A stretch of DNA of 64,000 nucleotides from the human T2T-CHM13v2.0 reference genome, Homo sapiens: assembly GCF_009914755.1 (NCBI RefSeq), contig NC_060925.1; one strand, written 5' to 3'. Positions 58,890-64,000 of this stretch are shown here, one piece after another. The translations under genes and the position numbers were made by a program. A model generated the notes under the pieces. That model was not told where the DNA came from, searched no databases, and saw nothing but the letters and a program-made list of their open reading frames with translations. Position 1 is the first letter of the stretch, and every line of letters begins with the position of its first letter.

Positions 58890-61800
58890 TTGAACGGAAT
58901 CGAATGGAATCATCATCGGATGGAAATGAATGGAATCATCATCGAATGGAATCGAATAGAATTATGGAATGAAATCCAGTGTGATCATCATCGAATGGAC
59001 CCGAATGGAATCATCATCCAACGGAAGCTAATGGAATCAACATCGAATGAATCAAATGGAAACACCACCGAATTGAAACGAATGGAATTACCATGAAATT
59101 GAAATGGATGGACTCATCATCGAATGGATTCGAATGGAATCATCGAATAAAATTGATTGAAATCATCATCGAATTGAATCGAATGGTATCATTGAATGGA
59201 ATCGAATGGAATCATCATCAGATGGAAATGAATGGAATCGTCATAGAATGGAATCGAATGGATTCATTGAATGGAATCAGATGGAATCATCGAATGGACT
59301 GGAATGGAATCATTGAATGGACTCGAAAGGGATCATGATTGAATGGAATTGAATGGAATCATCGAATGGTCTCGATTGGAATCATTATCAAATGGAATCG
59401 AATGGAATCACCGAATAGAACCGAATGGAACAATCATCGAATGGACTCAAATGGAATTATCCTCCAATGGAATCGAATGGAATTATCAAATGCAATCGAA
59501 TGGAATTATCGAATGCAATCGAATAGAATCATCGAATGGACTCGAATGGAATCATCGAATGGAATGGAATGGAACAGTCAATGAACTCGAATGGAATCAT
59601 CATTGAATGGAATCGAATGGAATCATCGAGTGGAATCGAATGGAATTATGATCAAATGGAATCGAATGTTATCATCATCAAATGGAATCAAAAATAAACA
59701 TCATCAATTGGTATTGAATGGAATTGTCATCAAATGGAATTCAAAGGAATCATCATCAAATGGAACCGAATGGAATCCTCATTGAATGGAAATGAAAGGG
59801 GTCATCATCTAATGGAATCGCATGGAATCATCATCAAATGGAATCGAATGGAATCATCATCAAATGGAATCTAATGGAATCATTGAACAGAATTGAATGG
59901 AATCGTCATCGAATGAATTGAATGCAATCATCGAATGGTCTCGAATGGAATCATCTTCTAATGGAAAGGAATGGAATCATCGCATAGAATCGAATGGAAT
60001 TATCATCGAATGGAATCGAATGGTATCAACACCAAACGGAAAAAAACGGAATTATCGAATGGAATCGAAGAGAATCTTCGAACGGACCCGAATGGAATCA
60101 TCTAATGGAATGGAATGGAATAATCCATGGACTCGAATGCAATCATCATCGAATGGAATCGAATGGAATCATCGAATGGACTCGAATGGAATAATCATTG
60201 AACGGAATCGAATGGAATCATCATCGGATGGAAACGAATGGAATCATCATCGAATGGAAATGAATGGAGTCATCATCTAACGGAATTGCATGGAATCATC
60301 ATAAAATGGAATCGAATGGAATCAACATCAAATGGAATCAAATGGAATCATTGAACGGAATTGAATGGAATCGTCATCGAATGAATTGACTGCAATCATC
60401 GAATGGTCTCGAATGGAATCATCTTCAAATGGAATGGAATGGAATCATCGCATAGAATCGAATGGAATTATCATCGAATGGAATCGAATGGAATCAACAT
60501 CAAACGGAAAAAAACGGAATTATCGAATGGAATCGAAGAGAATCATCGAATGGACCCGAATGGAATCATCTAATGGAATGGAATGGAATAATCCATGGAC
60601 TCGAATGCAATCATCATCGAATGGAATCGAATGGAATCATCGAATGGACTCGAATGGAATAATCATTGAACGGAAACGAATGGAATCATCATCGGATGGA
60701 AATGAATGGAATCATCATCGAATGGAATCGAATAGAATTATGGAATGAAATCCAGTGTGATCATCATCGAATGGACCCGAATGGAATCATCATCCAACGG
60801 AAGCTAATGGAATCAACATCGAATGAATCGAATGGAAACACCATCGAATTGAAACGAATGGAATTATCATGAAATTGAAATGGATGGACTCATCATCGAA
60901 TGGATTCGAATGGAATCATCGAATAAAATTGATTGAAATCATCATCGAATTGAATCGAATTGTATCATTGAATGGAATCGAATGGAATCATCATCAGATG
61001 GAAATGAATGGAATCGTCATAGAATGGAATCGAATGGATTCATTGAATGGAATCAGATGGAATCATCGAATGGACTGGAATGGAATCATTGAATGGACTC
61101 GAAAGGGATCATGATTGAATGGAGTTGAATGGAATCATCGAATGGTCTCGATTGGAATCATTATCAAATGGAATCGAATGGAATCACCGAATAGAATCGA
61201 ATGGAACAATCATCGAATGGACTCAAATGGAATTATCCTCCAATGGAATCGAATGGAATTATCGAATGCAATCGAATGGAATTATCGAATGCAATCGAAT
61301 AGAATCATCGAATGGACTCGAATGGAATCATCGAATGGAATGGAATGGAACAGTCAATGAACTCGAATGGAATCATCATTGAATGGAATCGAATGGAATC
61401 ATCGAGTGGAATCGAATGGAATTATGATCAAATGGAATCGAATGTAATCATCATCAAATGGAATCAAAAATAACCATCATCAATTGGTATTGAATGGAAT
61501 TGTCATCAAATGGAATTCAAAGGAATCATCATCAAATGGAACCGAATGGAATCCTCATTGAATGGAAATGAAAGGGGTCATCATCTAATGGAATCGCATG
61601 GAATCATCATCAAATGGAATCGAATGGAATCATCATCAAATGGAATCTAATGGAATCATTGAACAGAATTGAATGGAATCGTCATCGAATGAATTGAATG
61701 CAATCATCGAATGGTCTCGAATGGAATCATCTTCTAATGGAAAGGAATGGAATCATCGCATAGAATCGAATGGAATTATCATCGAATGGAATCGAATGGT

Positions 61801-64000
61801 ATCAACACCAAACGGAAAAAAACGGAATTATCGAATGGAATCGAAGAGAATCTTCGAGCGGACCCGAATGGAATCATCTAATGGAATGGAATGGAATAAT
61901 CCATGGACTCGAATGCAATCATCATCGAATGGAATCGAATGGAATCATCGAATGGACTCGAATGGAATAATCATTGAACGGAATCGAATGGAATCATCAT
62001 CGGATGGAAACGAATGGAATCATCATCGAATGGAAATGAAAGGAGTCATCACCTAATGGAATTGCATGGAATCATCATAAAATGGAATCGAATGGAATCA
62101 ACATCAAATGGAATCAAATGGAATCATTGAACGGAATTGAATGGAATCGTCATCGAATGAATTGAATGCAATCATCGAATGGTCTCGAATGGAATCATCT
62201 TCAAATGGAATGGAATGGAATCATCGCATAGAATCGAATGGAATTATCATCGAATGGAATCGAATGGAATCAACATCAAACGGAAAAAAACGGAATTATC
62301 GAATGGAATCGAAGAGAATCATCGAATGGACCCGAATGGAATCATCTAATGGAATGGAATGGAATAATCCATGGACTCGAATGCAATCATCATCGAATGG
62401 AATCGAATGGAATCATCGAATGGACTCGAATGGAATAATCATTGAACGGAATCGAATGGAATCATCATCGGATGGAAATGAATGGAATCATCATCGAATG
62501 GAATCGAATAGAATTATGGAATGAAATCCAGTGTGATCATCATCGAATGGACCCGAATGGAATCATCATCCAACGGAAGCTAATGGAATCAACATCGAAT
62601 GAATCAAATGGAAACACCACCGAATTGAAACGAATGGAATTACCATGAAATTGAAATGGATGGACTCATCATCGAATGGATTCGAATGGAATCATCGAAT
62701 AAAATTGATTGAAATCATCATCGAATGGAATCGAATGGTATCATTGAATGGAATCGAATGGAATCATCATCAGATGGAAATGAATGGAATCGTCATAGAA
62801 TGGAATCGAATGGATTCATTGAATGGAATCAGATGGAATCATCGAATGGACTGGAATGGAATCATTGAATGGACTCGAAAGGGATCATGATTGAATGGAA
62901 TTGAATGGAATCATCGAATGGTCTCGATTGGAATCATTATCAAATGGAATCGAATGGAATCACCGAATAGAACCGAATGGAACAATCATCGAATGGACTC
63001 AAATGGAATTATCCTCCAATGGAATCGAATGGAATTATCAAATGCAATCGAATGGAATTATCGAATGCAATCGAATAGAATCATCGAATGGACTCGAATG
63101 GAATCATCGAATGGAATGGAATGGAACAGTCAATGAACTCGAATGGAATCATCATTGAATGGAATCGAATGGAATCATCGAGTGGAATCGAATGGAATTA
63201 TGATCAAATGGAATCGAATGTTATCATCATCAAATGGAATCAAAAATAAACATCATCAATTGGTATTGAATGGAATTGTCATCAAATGGAATTCAAAGGA
63301 ATCATCATCAAATGGAACCGAATGGAATCCTCATTGAATGGAAATGAAAGGGGTCATCATCTAATGGAATCGCATGGAATCATCATCAAATGGAATCGAA
63401 TGGAATCATCATCAAATGGAATCTAATGGAATCATTGAACAGAATTGAATGGAATCGTCATCGAATGAATTGAATGCAATCATCGAATGGTCTCGAATGG
63501 AATCATCTTCTAATGGAAAGGAATGGAATCATCGCATAGAATCGAATGGAATTATCATCGAATGGAATCGAATGGTATCAACACCAAACGGAAAAAAACG
63601 GAATTATCGAATGGAATCGAAGAGAATCTTCGAACGGACCCGAATGGAATCATCTAATGGAATGGAATGGAATAATCCATGGACTCGAATGCAATCATCA
63701 TCGAATGGAATCGAATGGAATCATCGAATGGACTCGAATGGAATAATCATTGAACGGAATCGAATGGAATCATCATCGGATGGAAACGAATGGAATCATC
63801 ATCGAATGGAAATGAATGGAGTCATCATCTAACGGAATTGCATGGAATCATCATAAAATGGAATCGAATGGAATCAACATCAAATGGAATCAAATGGAAT
63901 CATTGAACGGAATTGAATGGAATCGTCATCGAATGAATTGACTGCAATCATCGAATGGTCTCGAATGGAATCATCTTCAAATGGAATGGAATGGAATCAT
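58890..64000 (+). repeat. 3,552-bp (2-unit) periodicity of variants
   Basis: CACCACCG/TTACCATG, TAGAACCG, AAAATAAACATC and GAATGGAGTCATCATCTAACGG occur at ~59060-60280 and again at +3552 (~62615-63835). Confidence 0.75.

Larger units (their letters stand above)
1..64000 (+). repeat. Human Satellite II (HSat2/HSATII) tandem array, 1,776-bp unit, about 40 units; likely the chr1q12 1.77-kb (D1Z1/pUC1.77-type) family
   Basis: Seen: continuous GAATGGAATCGAATGGAATCATCATC-type sequence (reverse strand CATTCGATTC/CATTCC). The same landmark recurs at 1067, 2841, 4617, ~6393, 8169, 9945 ... 59897, 61673, 63449 with modal spacing 1776. One GAATTC per complete unit (e.g. 907-912). Established: HSat2 is CATTCGATTC-rich and the 1.77-kb EcoRI repeat is the chr1q12 form. 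The locus is inferred, not mapped. Confidence 0.97.

Noticed and set aside
60-63832. Some 200 short plus-strand ORFs (MESSSNE..., MELSSNG..., MKLKW...)
   Set aside because: They are low-complexity translations of GGAAT/ATC repeats, overlap in several frames, recur with the unit and break freely at indels. Their absence on the minus strand follows from TCA reading as TGA stops.
1-64000. CRISPR-like or prokaryotic repeat system
   Set aside because: There are no unique spacers and no associated genes; everything is satellite-derived.
1-64000. Satellite III or alpha satellite assignment
   Set aside because: Pure GGAAT runs are short (about 3-4 copies) and CGAAT/ATCATC dominate, which fits HSat2. 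There is no 171-bp monomer or CENP-B box.
1-64000. Alu/L1 insertion or inversion breakpoint
   Set aside because: All spacing deviations are deletions or +1 bp. I saw no foreign sequence, poly-A tail or switch to CATTC on the plus strand.

Overview
The whole 64-kb window is one uninterrupted, single-orientation tandem array of human classical Satellite II (HSat2/HSATII), written on the GGAAT-rich strand. It is built from degenerate (GGAAT/CGAAT) pentamers punctuated by ATC triplets (23/26-bp sub-repeats). These form a 1,776-bp unit with one EcoRI site and an internal 468-bp duplication, matching the 1.77-kb repeat of 1q12 pericentromeric heterochromatin (chromosome assignment is inference). 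I see no genes, RNA genes, transposons, CRISPR arrays or inversions, and all listed ORFs are translation artefacts of the repeat. I cannot support a novel protein-coding system. The informative signal is array architecture across about 40 units: an 8,878-bp 5-unit duplication, a 713-bp-deleted 1,063-bp unit present 8 times, two distinct 2,839-bp higher-order arrays, a cluster of deletions at 29.6-32.3 kb, a diverged subunit haplotype, dispersed duplications and gene-conversion-like mosaics. Spacings were derived by using the recurring ORF starts as rulers and checked by eye at the junctions.
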